Shown in pieces: positions 49,826 to 59,241 of a stretch of 64,000 nucleotides of DNA; positions within the stretch are counted from its first letter, which is position 1; each line of letters begins with the position of its first letter. Position numbers and translations under genes: made by a program. The stretch spans positions 553,422-617,421 of the forward strand of contig CAWAQF010000004.1 of assembly GCA_963784155.1 (NCBI GenBank). The letters run 5' to 3'. The notes under the pieces are model-generated. The model was not told where the DNA came from. It did no database searches and saw only the letters and a program-made list of their open reading frames with translations. The DNA is from an uncultured Acidimicrobiaceae bacterium (lineage in GTDB: Bacteria; Actinomycetota; Acidimicrobiia; Acidimicrobiales; RAAP-2).

Positions 49826-51412
49826 TCAGAACACCACCGGCTGCTGGAACTCGCCCCAGCGGTCCTTCAGCACCTCCACCATCTCGCCCACCGTGCAGTA
49901 CGCCTTCGCACAGTCCACGAGACGCGGCATCAGGTTCTCGGTCTCTCCGGCGGCTGCGTCGGAGAGCGCGGCGAGCGTCGTCTTCACCTCGGACGCCGAG
50001 CGCGACCGCCTGACCTCCGCCAGGCGTTCGAGCTGTCGGACCCGTCCCTTCTCGTCGAGCTCGTACCCTTCGAGGTCGGGCGGCTCCTCCTCGGTCTGGA
50101 ACCGGTTGACCCCGACCACCACCCGCTCGCCGGTGCTCACCGCCCGCTCGACCCGGTGGGCCTCCTCGGCGATCAAGCTCTGCAGGTGGCCCTCTTCGAT
50201 GGCCCGGACCATCCCGCCCCGGCGCTCGAGATCGTCCATGATCTCCTCGACACGAGCCTCCATCTCGTCGGTGAGGGCCTCGACGTAGTAGGAGCCACCG
50301 AGCGGATCGGCGACCCGCGTGACGCCGGTCTCGTAGGCGAGGACCTGCTGGGTGCGGAGGGCGAGGGTGGCGGTCTCCTCGGTCGGGATGGCGAAGGGTT
50401 CGTCCCACGCAGCGGTGAACATCGACTGGACCCCGCCGAGCACCGAGGCCAGGGCCTCGTAGGCGACCCGCACGATGTTGTTCTGGGCCTGGGGGGCGTA
50501 GAGCGACGCTCCGCCGGCCACGCAGCCGACCCGGAACATGCAGGACCGGTCGTCCTCCGCACCGAACCGGTCGCGGACGATCCGCGCCCACCGCCGCCTT
50601 CCGGCACGGTACTTGGCGATCTCCTCGAAGAAGTCGCCGTGGGTGTAGAAGAAGAACGAGACCTGGGGCGCGAACTCGTCGATGCTCATCCTGCCCCGCC
50701 CGAGCACCTCCTCGCAGTAGGTGATCCCGTCCATCAGGGTGAAGGCCATCTCCTGCGCGGCGTTCGCCCCCGCGTCGCGGAAGTGGGCGCCGGCGACGGA
50801 GATGGCGTTGAAGCGGGGCACCTCCGCCGCGCAGAACTCGATGGTGTCGGCGATGAGCCGCAGAGAGGGACGCGGCGGCCAGATCCAGGTGCCGCGGCTC
50901 ACGTACTCCTTCAGGATGTCGTTCTGGATGGTGCCTCGCAGCTTCGCCCGTTCGACTCCCTGCTTCTCGCCGACGGCCACGTAGAAGGCGAGGACGATCG
51001 CCGCGGTGCCGTTGATGGTGAAGCTGGTGCTGATCGCGTCGAGCGGGATCCGGTCGAAGAGGATCTCGGCGTCGGCGAGGGTGTCGATGGCCACACCGAC
51101 CCGTCCGACCTCCTCTTCGACGTCGGGGTGATCGGAGTCGTACCCGCACTGGGTCGGCAGGTCGAAGGCCACCGACAACCCGGTCGCGCCCTGGTCGAGC
51201 AGGTACCGGTAGCGCTCGTTCGACTCCTCGGGGGTGCCGAACCCGGAGTACTGGCGGATGGTCCACGTCCGGCCGCGGTAGCCGTCGGGGAAATTGCCCC
51301 TCGTGAACGGGAAGACACCCGGTGGTGGGATCGAATCGGCGGAGGGAAGGTCGTGTGGTCCGTAGCTGGTGTGCAGCGGGATCCCCGCCTGGGAGTGGAC
51401 GGTCTCGTCCAT
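49826..51412 (-). CDS. acyl-CoA mutase large (substrate-binding TIM barrel) subunit, methylmalonyl-CoA-mutase-like
   Basis: 528 aa with blocks [22 protein letters not shown] and [11 protein letters not shown]. Tyr (PDGYRGRTW) and Arg (KEYVSRGTW) occupy the positions that bind the substrate carboxylate in methylmalonyl-CoA mutase. Confidence 0.88.
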   Translation of the reverse strand: MDETVHSQAGIPLHTSYGPHDLPSADSIPPPGVFPFTRGNFPDGYRGRTWTIRQYSGFGTPEESNERYRYLLDQGATGLSVAFDLPTQCGYDSDHPDVEEEVGRVGVAIDTLADAEILFDRIPLDAISTSFTINGTAAIVLAFYVAVGEKQGVERAKLRGTIQNDILKEYVSRGTWIWPPRPSLRLIADTIEFCAAEVPRFNAISVAGAHFRDAGANAAQEMAFTLMDGITYCEEVLGRGRMSIDEFAPQVSFFFYTHGDFFEEIAKYRAGRRRWARIVRDRFGAEDDRSCMFRVGCVAGGASLYAPQAQNNIVRVAYEALASVLGGVQSMFTAAWDEPFAIPTEETATLALRTQQVLAYETGVTRVADPLGGSYYVEALTDEMEARVEEIMDDLERRGGMVRAIEEGHLQSLIAEEAHRVERAVSTGERVVVGVNRFQTEEEPPDLEGYELDEKGRVRQLERLAEVRRSRSASEVKTTLAALSDAAAGETENLMPRLVDCAKAYCTVGEMVEVLKDRWGEFQQPVVF

Positions 51413-51424
51413 GCGCCGAGCCTA

Positions 51425-51470
51425 CCGGAAATCAACGTTGCGATTTCCGGAAATCAGCACCGAGATTTGA
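51425..51470. promoter_or_regulatory. tandem operator-like palindromes: GGAAATC-N8-GATTTCC directly abutting GGAAATC-N8-GATTTGA (centre GATTTCCGGAAATC is a perfect 14-mer palindrome)
   Basis: Fills most of the 82 nt divergent spacer between the mutase operon (-) and the enoyl-CoA hydratase gene (+). Confidence 0.55.
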
Positions 51471-51494
51471 AAGAGCGCTATTATCGGCGCCGCC

Positions 51495-52292
51495 GTGGCC
51501 CCCGAACGCGATTCCGAACAGCGTTCCGCCGGCGGCGTGCGCCTCGAGACTGACGGAGGGGTCGCCGTCGTGACCATCGACCGCCCCGAAACGCGCAACG
51601 CGATCGGCTTCGCCACCGTCGAGGCGCTCGACGCGGCCCTCGACGAGGTGACCGGATCGGGCGCCGCGGTCCTCGTGCTGCGAGGTGGGGGCGACCGGGC
51701 ATTCGTGTCGGGAGGGGACCTGAAGGAGCTCGGCACCGTCCGCACCCACGAGGATGCGGTCTCGATGGCCCGCCGAATGCGTCGGGTGCTCGACCGTGTC
51801 TCCGCATTCCCGGTTCCCGTCGTCGCCGCCCTCAACGGTCACGCGCTCGGTGGGGGAGCGGAATTGGCCATCGCCGCGGACATCCGCATCGCGGCCGACG
51901 ACGTCACCATCGGGTTCAATCAGGTGCGGCTCGGGATCATGCCCGCGTGGGGTGGGGCCGAGCGCCTCGCCCAGACCATCGGGAGGGGCCGGGCGATCCT
52001 CGCCATCGCGACCGGCGAGGTCTACGACGCGCCGAGCGCCGAGCGCCTCGGGCTGGTCGACCTGGTGGTCCCGCGCTCGACGTTCGAGGAGGACTGGCGG
52101 GCCCTCGCCGGCCAGATCGCGGACACCGCCCCCGGCACGTCGCGCGCGGTCAAGTCGGTGATCGCCGCGGCGATCACCTCGGTGCACCCGCATCTGGAAG
52201 ACGACGCCACCGACGCCTTCGCCCAGCTCTGGACCGCGGAGGCACACTGGGCCGCGGTCGACGCACTGGTCGAGCGCCGGAAGCCGGGCTGA
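51495..52292 (+). CDS. enoyl-CoA hydratase/isomerase family protein
   Basis: 265 aa with AFVSGGDL and AALNGHALGGGAELA. Confidence 0.88.
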   Translation: MAPERDSEQRSAGGVRLETDGGVAVVTIDRPETRNAIGFATVEALDAALDEVTGSGAAVLVLRGGGDRAFVSGGDLKELGTVRTHEDAVSMARRMRRVLDRVSAFPVPVVAALNGHALGGGAELAIAADIRIAADDVTIGFNQVRLGIMPAWGGAERLAQTIGRGRAILAIATGEVYDAPSAERLGLVDLVVPRSTFEEDWRALAGQIADTAPGTSRAVKSVIAAAITSVHPHLEDDATDAFAQLWTAEAHWAAVDALVERRKPG

Positions 52293-52307
52293 GCGCGGGA
52301 CGGCAGG

Positions 52308-52736
52308 TCACTCGCGGTCAGCGAGCGGATCGTGCTGGTGTCCGGAGTCGAACCCGCCGTGCTTGCGGAGGAACGTCGTGGAACGCCGACGGATCCGCCA
52401 GCCGTCGGGGGTGCGAACGTACTCGTCGTTGTACCAGCCGAGCCGCATGGCGTGGGTCTGCTGGTCCACGAACACGAAGTGCTGCACGCCGGTCGCCCGG
52501 TCACCGTCGAGCTCGACGACCGGCATGTTCCCGATGAACTGGCCACGGGGTGCGGCCGCCAACAATTCCGGGAACCGATCGAGGGTGTAGGCGCTGCCGA
52601 ACGCGTGGTATTCGGCGTCGGCGGCGAAGACATCCCGCCAGCGGTCCGGGACGAACTGGCTGGTGTACTCCATGTACCGCGAGCAGAGCTGGTGCAGCTC
52701 GACGAGATCGGCGACTCGGTCGGAGGGATCGGGCAT
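52308..52736 (-). CDS. nuclear transport factor 2 family (SnoaL_4-like) protein
   Basis: 142 aa. It begins DRVADLVELHQLCSRYMEY and ends GWRIRRR, typical of this fold. Confidence 0.7.
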   Translation of the reverse strand: MPDPSDRVADLVELHQLCSRYMEYTSQFVPDRWRDVFAADAEYHAFGSAYTLDRFPELLAAAPRGQFIGNMPVVELDGDRATGVQHFVFVDQQTHAMRLGWYNDEYVRTPDGWRIRRRSTTFLRKHGGFDSGHQHDPLADRE

Positions 52737-52740
52737 CGGG

Positions 52741-53811
52741 TCAGAGCTCCTCGTAGACGACGTGCACCGCGGGAGTGACCGGCACCGACTGGCAGGTGAG
52801 CACCCAGCCCTCGGCGAGCTCCTCGTCGGTCAGGGCGTTGTTCGCCCGCATCGACACCTCGCCCTCGACCAACCGGGCCATGCAGGTGGCACAGTTCCCC
52901 GCCTCGCAGGAGAATGGTGGCGCCATCCCCATCTGGCGGGCCGTCTGGAGGATCGTCGTGCCCGGCCGGTGCTCGACGGAATCGGCCCGGCCGTCGAACT
53001 CGACCGTCACGTGGGTCGCGCCGGCGGAAGGCGGCGCGACCGCCGGAGCCGGATCCTGCTCGGGCGGCACGAAGCGTTCGATGCGGATCCGGTCCCGGTC
53101 GACGCCCGGCTCCGGTCAGCGCACGCTCGACGATCTCCATGAACGGCTCCGGCCCGCAGACGAAGATACTCCGCGTCGACCGGGTCGTCGCCGGCGAACC
53201 GCCGGGCAGCCTCGTCGTCCACGAAGCCCTTCTCGAGGTCGAGATGGTGGAGGACCTGCAGGCGCCCGGGATGCTCCCCGGCCAGCCGGGTGAGCCCCTC
53301 GTCGAAGATGACCGCTTCGCGGTCGCGGTTGGCGTAGAGCAGGCGTACCGGGCGGGAGGTGGTCGCGAGCGCGGTCTTGACGATCGAGTACACGGGCGTG
53401 ATCCCGCTGCCCGCGGCGAAGGCCACCACCGCGCCGCCCCCGGTGCCGAGGCAGAAGACGCCCGCCGGGCAGGTCGACTCGACCCCGTCGCCGGGAGCCA
53501 GCGAGTCGACCATCCAGTTGGAGACCGCACCGCCCGGCACCCGCTTCACCGTCACCTGCGAAGTCGTCGTCGACATCGGGGGAGGAGGACATCGAGTAGG
53601 AGCGGAGGAGGGTCTGCCCGTCGATGCGGGCGCGGAACGTGCAGAACTGGCCCGCCCGATAGGTGAACGCCCCCTCGAGCTCGGCAGGCACCTCGAGCAC
53701 GAAGGAGCTGGCCTCCTCGGTCTCGCGCACCACCCGTCCGATCCGCAGCGGGTGGAACCGGTGGTCCCGCCCGGGCGCGGTCTCGTGCGCCGTCGGCCCG
53801 GCGATCGCCAT
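52741..53811 (-). pseudogene. FNR-type oxidoreductase with C-terminal plant-type 2Fe-2S domain (PDR/KshB/PaaE-like oxygenase reductase); three +1 frameshifts
   Basis: Segments occupy four ORFs. They are RAGQFCTFRARIDGQTLLRSYSMSS (53116..53853), QVTVKRVPGGAVSNW...AAGSGITPVYS (53007..53576), FVCGPEPFMEIVERAL (52022..53530) and CEAGNCATCMARLVEGEV...LTC (52741..53070). Junctions are near 53560, 53166 and 53104. The start (ATG 53811 or GTG 53853) is uncertain. Confidence 0.8.
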
Positions 53812-53892
53812 GGAACCTATGATAATGGGATTCTCCAAATCGGGTAGCGACACTCACGTCCCACTGTCGGTATCGTGCCGCCCGAAGGAGGC

Positions 53893-55548
53893 ATGGTGGA
53901 CAGCCAACCCAGTGTGGCCCGAGCACGATGGCGGCTCCGTTCGGTCCCCCCGGATCTCGTGCAGCGCTACTCCGAGCACGAGCTGGTGGACCGACGCCGA
54001 GCCTCGGGTCGATGGTGGCCGACGGCCTCGCGGCCGCGGGGGCGCTCCGTTCGCGGTGCGGTCGGCGGTCCATCCCTGGCGAGGACACCTTGGGCGAGGT
54101 GGACCGGGCGGCCGCGCTCACTCGCCTCCTCGCTCGCGGGGAGGGGGGTCGGCCCGGGGAGTGTGGTGCTCTTCCAGCTGCCCAACTGGGTCGAGGCGGG
54201 CATCACGTTCTGGGGCGCGGCGTACCTCGGTGCGGTCGTCGTGCCCGGTCGTCCATTTCTACGGACCGAAGGAGGTCGACTACATCCTGCGCGGCGACCA
54301 CGCCCGACGTCGTCGTCACCGCGGACCGCTTCGGGCACGGCGACTATCTCGCCACCTACGACGCTCTGCTCGGGGGCGTCGGGCGATCCCCTGTGGCTGG
54401 TGGCGGGGGAGACCCCGTCCACGCGACCTTCCGAACAGGGCGCAGCCGTTCGCGAAGCATGCTCGACACCGACCCGTTGCGCGAACCGGCCGAGGTCGAC
54501 CCGGACGCACCGGCGGTGGTCGGCTTCACCTCGGGCACCACCCGTGACCCGAAGGGGGTCGTCCACTCGCACCGGACCATGGGGTTCGAGGCCCGCCAGC
54601 TCCACCTGATGTACCCGGGGGACGGGCCGCCGCAGATCATCGGCGCACCGGTCGGTCACTTCATCGGGATGCTGAACGCGTTCCTGATCACGCTCTTCGA
54701 GGACCAGGCGGTGAACCTGATCGACGTGTGGGACCCCGGCGAGGTGCTTCGTCTCATGCGCACCGAGCGTCTCGGCGTCGGCGGGCGGCGCGACCTACTT
54801 CCTCACCAGCCTGCTCGACCATCCCGACTTCACCGACGAGCACCTCGAGCTGATGCCCTACGCCGGGCCTCGGCGGGCGCACCGGTGCCCGGGGCGGTCA
54901 CCGAACGGGGCACCACGGCTCGGCATCAAGATGTGGCGTTCGTACGGGAGCACCGAGCACCCGTCGATCACCGGCTGCTTCATCGACGACCCCGAGGAGA
55001 AGCGACTCGCGACCGACGGGCATCCGCTGCCGGGCGTCGAGCTGCGTCTCGACCCGGACGGCCAGATCCTGAGCCGCGGCCCCGACTGCTTCCTCGGCTA
55101 CACCGACCCCGACCTCACCGAGGCGGTGTTCGACCGCGACGGTTGGTACCGCACGGGCGACGTCGGCGTGCTCGACGACGACGGCTACCTCACCATCACC
55201 GACCGGGTCTCCGACGTCATCATCCGGGGCGGCGAGAACATCAGCGCCCAGGAGGTCGAGGAGCTCCTCGCGGGACTCGACTCGATCGCCGAGGTCGGTG
55301 TGGTCGCTGCGCCGGACGAGCGCCTCGGGGAGCATGCGGCGGCCGTGGTGCGGGTCCGGCCGGGACAGGCGCCACCGACCCTCGAGGACCTCCGGATCCA
55401 GCTCTCGGCCGCCGGACTGGCCCGGCAGAAGTGGCCCGAGTCGCTGCACGTGGTGGACGACTTCCCACGGACCCCTTCCGGGAAGATCCAGAAGTTCCGA
55501 TTGCGAGCCGAACTCCGCGAGGGGACGCTCGGGACGGTCACCCGGTGA
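53893..55548 (+). pseudogene. AMP-dependent acyl-CoA synthetase/ligase riddled with about 12 +1 frameshifts
   Basis: Recognisable ligase segments cycle through the frames in the order 1>2>0>1. They are LFQLPNWVEAGITFWGAAYLGAVVVP, VVHFYGPKEVDYILR, TTPDVVVTADRFG, VGFTSGTTRDPKGVVHSH, GATYFLTSLLDHP, LGGAPVP and YGSTEHP...TGDVG...GGENIS...PSGKIQKF. All junctions lie between ~53985 and ~54910; the last 640 nt are clean. Confidence 0.8.
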
Positions 55549-56129
55549 GCGACCGACCGGTCCGGATCCACCCGCTGCCCCCGGCGGAGTGGCCCGACTC
55601 GATGCAAGAGGCACTGGCTGCGCTCGTGCCGCCCGAGCCGCGCCATCCGCTCCCCGCACGTCGTGACGACCGGCCGAAGGGGCTCAACGTCCTCGGCACC
55701 TTGGCGCGCTACCCGGCGCTCACCCGCGCCTATCACACCTTCAACGGTCATGTGCAGTTCGCAACCACTCTCTCGACGCGCCAACGCGAGCTCCTCGTGC
55801 TGAGGGTCGCGACGCTGCGGGAGTGCGAGTACGAGTGGGCACAGCACGCGGTGCTCGCGGGCGACGCCGGGCTGTCGGCGGAGGAGATCGCGCGGGTCGC
55901 AGCCGGGCCCGACGCACCGGAGTGGTCGGTTCTCGAGCGCTCCCTGCTCGCCGCGGTCGACGAGCTCATCGCAGAGGCCGCGGTGTCCGACACCACGTGG
56001 GCCGCGCTGGCCCACGAGCTCGATGAACGGCAACTGATGGACCTGGTCTTCACGGTGGGTGCCTACGAGGTGCTGGCGATGGCCCTGCGGTCCTTCGGCG
56101 TCGAGCTCGACGAGGATCTCCGACCCTGA
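55545..56129 (+). CDS. carboxymuconolactone decarboxylase (AhpD-like) family protein
   Basis: GTG at 55545 overlaps the ligase stop (GTGA). The CMD-type block is LRECEYEWAQH. Confidence 0.75.
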   Translation: MSDRPVRIHPLPPAEWPDSMQEALAALVPPEPRHPLPARRDDRPKGLNVLGTLARYPALTRAYHTFNGHVQFATTLSTRQRELLVLRVATLRECEYEWAQHAVLAGDAGLSAEEIARVAAGPDAPEWSVLERSLLAAVDELIAEAAVSDTTWAALAHELDERQLMDLVFTVGAYEVLAMALRSFGVELDEDLRP

Positions 56130-56172
56130 ACGTCGACGCGACGGAAACGAAGCTCTCACCATTGATAGGCCG

Positions 56173-56182
56173 GTTCGCGAAC
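56173..56182. promoter_or_regulatory. perfect 10 bp palindrome GTTCGCGAAC upstream of a TetR gene
   Basis: Lies 24 nt upstream of ATG 56206. It is a possible autoregulatory half of an operator. Confidence 0.25.
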
Positions 56183-56205
56183 TTCATCCACTAGGATTCT
56201 TTCCC

Positions 56206-56901
56206 ATGGCCACCGACGAGGTCGCAGCGGCTGCCACCGATTCCGCACCGCCGAGTTGGCGCGAACAGGCGGTTGCCCGCTCGCTCGACTCCGCCCGCTT
56301 GCGCGCGGAGAACCGGGTGCAGCGCTTCATCGACGCGGCCTTCGACCTCCTGAGCGGGAGTGCCCCGGGGGAGGACTTCACGGTCCAGGAGGTGGTCGAG
56401 AAGTCCGGGCAGTCCCTCCGGAGCTTCTACCAGTACTTCGGAGGCAAGCAGGAGCTGTTGCTCGCGCTCTTCGAGGAGTCGGTCCGCCTGACCACCGACG
56501 AGCTGCGTGATCGAGTGCAGGGGGAGAAGGACCCGCTCGGCCGCCTGCATTCCTTCGTCGTCGAGTACTACAACCTGTGCCGTCCGAAGGTCAGCACGCG
56601 AGGCAAGAAGAACGTCCCGCTCGCCCTGGCGGAGTTCGCCCAGCATCTGATGACCGCTGGCGCGGAGGACGCCACTCGCGCGTTCGCCCCGTTGGTATCG
56701 CTGTTCACCGAGGTCTTCGACGAGGCGGTCGCCGCGGGTGCCGTCCGGAGGGACCTCAACCGTCAGCGGGTGGCCGGCATCCTTCTCGAGATGATCATGT
56801 TCAACAGCTTCGCTTCGACCATCGGCGGGTTGGGCGCCGAGCCGGCCCGTGGTGAACCCGCCGAAGAGCTCTGGGACGTGATCCTCAACGGGATCCGCTG
56901 A
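56206..56901 (+). CDS. TetR/AcrR family transcriptional regulator
   Basis: ATG at 56206 in ORF 56059..56901. HTH is TVQEVVEKSGQSLRSFYQYFGGKQELL. Confidence 0.85.
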   Translation: MATDEVAAAATDSAPPSWREQAVARSLDSARLRAENRVQRFIDAAFDLLSGSAPGEDFTVQEVVEKSGQSLRSFYQYFGGKQELLLALFEESVRLTTDELRDRVQGEKDPLGRLHSFVVEYYNLCRPKVSTRGKKNVPLALAEFAQHLMTAGAEDATRAFAPLVSLFTEVFDEAVAAGAVRRDLNRQRVAGILLEMIMFNSFASTIGGLGAEPARGEPAEELWDVILNGIR

Positions 56902-56931
56902 GGCGACACCTCCGCGGAGGCGAGTCCGCCC

Positions 56932-57717
56932 TCACTTCTTCTTTTCGGATCCCTGCCGTCGCTCGAGGTTGGCGCGCAGTTCCACCGAGTCGAACGAACG
57001 GTGCTCCGCGGCGAGTGCGAAGTCGAGCGTGGAGAGGACCGCCCGCTCGAGGTGCAGGTTGAGGATGCGTTTGGTGTCCTCTGCCGCGCCCTGCGGCAGT
57101 TCGGCGATCCGCCCTGCGCAGGCCAGCGCCTGCTCGAGGACCTCCTCGTCGGCACAGACGTGGTTGGCGAGCCCGATCTCCGCGGCGCGCCGAGCAGGGA
57201 TGCGCTCGCCGGTCAACGCGTACTCCTTTGCCAGCTGGAGGCTGGTGAGGAGCGGCCAGGTCACCGGCCCGCCGTCGGCGGCCACCAGGCCGAGCAGGAC
57301 GTGCGGGTCGGCAAGGTAGGCGCTCTCCGCCATGAAGACGATGTCGGAGAGGGCGACCAGGCTGCAACCGAGGCCCACTGCCGGTCCGTTGACCGCGGCG
57401 ACGACCGGCACCCGGCATCGCACCATGTTGACCACGATGCGCCGCCCGTCCTCGAGCGTCTCGTGGCGGAGCCCGGTGTCGGAGGCGAGCGCACCCAGGT
57501 AGTCGAAATCACCTCCCGCGGAGAAGGCGCGCCCGTTGCCGGTGAGCACGACCGCCCGCGCGCCGGCGTCGGCGTCGATCTGCGGGAACAGATCGGCGAG
57601 CGCCTTGTGCAGTTCGTGGTTGGTGGCGTTCAGCTGTTCGGGGCGGTTGAGCCGGACCACCCGGACCGGACCGTCCAATTCCACCTCGATCACCGAGGGC
57701 AGGTCGTACACGGTCAC
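56932..57717 (-). CDS. enoyl-CoA hydratase/isomerase family protein
   Basis: 261 aa with AFSAGGDF and AAVNGPAVGLGCSL. Confidence 0.88.
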   Translation of the reverse strand: MTVYDLPSVIEVELDGPVRVVRLNRPEQLNATNHELHKALADLFPQIDADAGARAVVLTGNGRAFSAGGDFDYLGALASDTGLRHETLEDGRRIVVNMVRCRVPVVAAVNGPAVGLGCSLVALSDIVFMAESAYLADPHVLLGLVAADGGPVTWPLLTSLQLAKEYALTGERIPARRAAEIGLANHVCADEEVLEQALACAGRIAELPQGAAEDTKRILNLHLERAVLSTLDFALAAEHRSFDSVELRANLERRQGSEKKK

Positions 57718-57877
57718 CTCCGATGCGGTCGACGCGCGCGACGCGTTCGGTCACGATGCGTCGCGTTCTTGGCACTGCTGTCTCGAGGCGTGCTGGTGTA
57801 CATTGCCCAATCGGGATGAAAACGACGTTGCTGATTCGGAGAATATCATTTCGCCCCCGAGTGGACCGGACTGAACG

Positions 57878-59065
57878 GTGAGCGCACGGGTGCGCAGCGG
57901 GCTCGGCACGCTGGCCGGACTCAAAGTGGTCGAGCTCGGGGTGTGGGTGGCGGCGCCGGGCGCGGCCGCGCTGTTGGCCGACTGGGGTGCCGACGTGGTG
58001 AAGGTCGAATCGCCCGCGGGCGATCCGATGCGCTACGTGTTCGAGTCACTCGGCATCGGGGCGGACGTCGCCAATCCCGCATTCGCTCTGGACAACCGGG
58101 GCAAACGGAGTGTCGCCCTCGACTTGCGGGAGCCAATCGATCGGCAGCATATGGAGGATCTCCTCGAGTGGGCGGACGTCTTCATCAGCAACCTCCGCCT
58201 CGACGCCCTGGACCGTCTCGATCTCGAGCCCGCGTCGACCGTCGCCCGCCACCCTCGCCTCGTCTACTGCTCGGTGAGCGGCTTCGGGCTCCGGGGCGAC
58301 GACCGCAACCGGCCGATCTACGACATCGGCGCATTCTGGGCACGGTCCGGTCTGTCGGTGCAGATGGCCGACACCGACGGGGTGCCGCTGAACGCTCGCG
58401 GCGGCATCGGCGACCACATCACCGCGCTCGCCGCGGTATCCGGCATGCTCGCTGCAGTCCTCGAGCAGCGCGAGACAGGAGAGGGCCAGGTCGTCGAAGT
58501 ATCGCTTCTCCGCACCGGCGCGTACGTGCTCGGTTGGGATCTCGGCCTGCAGATGACCCTCGGGAAGGTCGCGCCCTCCGAACCGAGGAACGCCAACCAG
58601 GCTCCCCTGATGAACCCCTACCGCACCGGCGACGGTCGCTGGTTCTTCTTCACCGGACTCGAGATCGAGCGCCACATTCCCGCGGTGTGCCGCGCCCTCG
58701 GTCGTGCGGACCTGTTGGAGGATCCCCGCTTCGAGTCGGCATCCGCGATCCGGAGGAATCGGTCGGAAGTGATCGCGCTCCTCGACGAGATCATCGCCGA
58801 GCGACCGCTGTCCGAATGGGCCGAGCGGTTCGACCGCGAAGGTGTCTGGTGGGCGCCGGCTCAGACACCGGCCGAGGTGGTCTCCGACCCGCAGCTCCTC
58901 GCCAACGACGGGTTCGTCGAGATCGAGAACGACACCGGAGCCTCGCAGCGGTCGGTCAACGGTCCGGTCACTTTCTCCGCCGCGGGTCCGCCGGTAGCGG
59001 GGCCGGTCCCGACGCTCGGACAACACACCGACGAGGTGATCCGACAGGTCGGAGGTCGGGAATAG
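57878..59065 (+). CDS. family III CoA-transferase (CaiB/BaiF family)
   Basis: 395 aa with LKVVELGVWVAAPGAAALLADWGADVVKVE. Confidence 0.9.
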   Translation: MSARVRSGLGTLAGLKVVELGVWVAAPGAAALLADWGADVVKVESPAGDPMRYVFESLGIGADVANPAFALDNRGKRSVALDLREPIDRQHMEDLLEWADVFISNLRLDALDRLDLEPASTVARHPRLVYCSVSGFGLRGDDRNRPIYDIGAFWARSGLSVQMADTDGVPLNARGGIGDHITALAAVSGMLAAVLEQRETGEGQVVEVSLLRTGAYVLGWDLGLQMTLGKVAPSEPRNANQAPLMNPYRTGDGRWFFFTGLEIERHIPAVCRALGRADLLEDPRFESASAIRRNRSEVIALLDEIIAERPLSEWAERFDREGVWWAPAQTPAEVVSDPQLLANDGFVEIENDTGASQRSVNGPVTFSAAGPPVAGPVPTLGQHTDEVIRQVGGRE

Positions 59066-59171
59066 TTCGGCGTTCGAGCAAGGGAGCCGCGGGCCAGTTC
59101 GGCGGAGTACAGGTCGACGGTTAGAGGTATCACATACCGGCACAAGTGGGGCACCCCTCCCTCAGGCGCGA

Positions 59172-59199
59172 ACCGACCCCGGACTGAGCCGGGGCCGGT
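59172..59199. terminator. hairpin ACCGACCCCGG-actgag-CCGGGGCCGGT between convergent genes
   Basis: 11 bp stem with one mismatch. It lies between the CoA-transferase (+) and the collagen-like gene (-). Confidence 0.45.
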
Positions 59200-59241
59200 C
59201 CTAAAACTTCTCTCTACGTCTGGTTGCCTGTGAAACCCTTG

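Noticed and set aside
51413-51494. Cobalamin riboswitch upstream of the B12-dependent mutase operon
   Set aside because: The spacer is only 82 nt and is occupied by DNA palindromes. No B12-box-like sequence or multi-stem structure fits in it.
3944-55548. Programmed ribosomal frameshifting or transcriptional slippage as an explanation for the frame breaks
   Set aside because: The junctions lack slippery heptamers or long homopolymers and occur many times per gene. The affected enzyme families are not known to use recoding.
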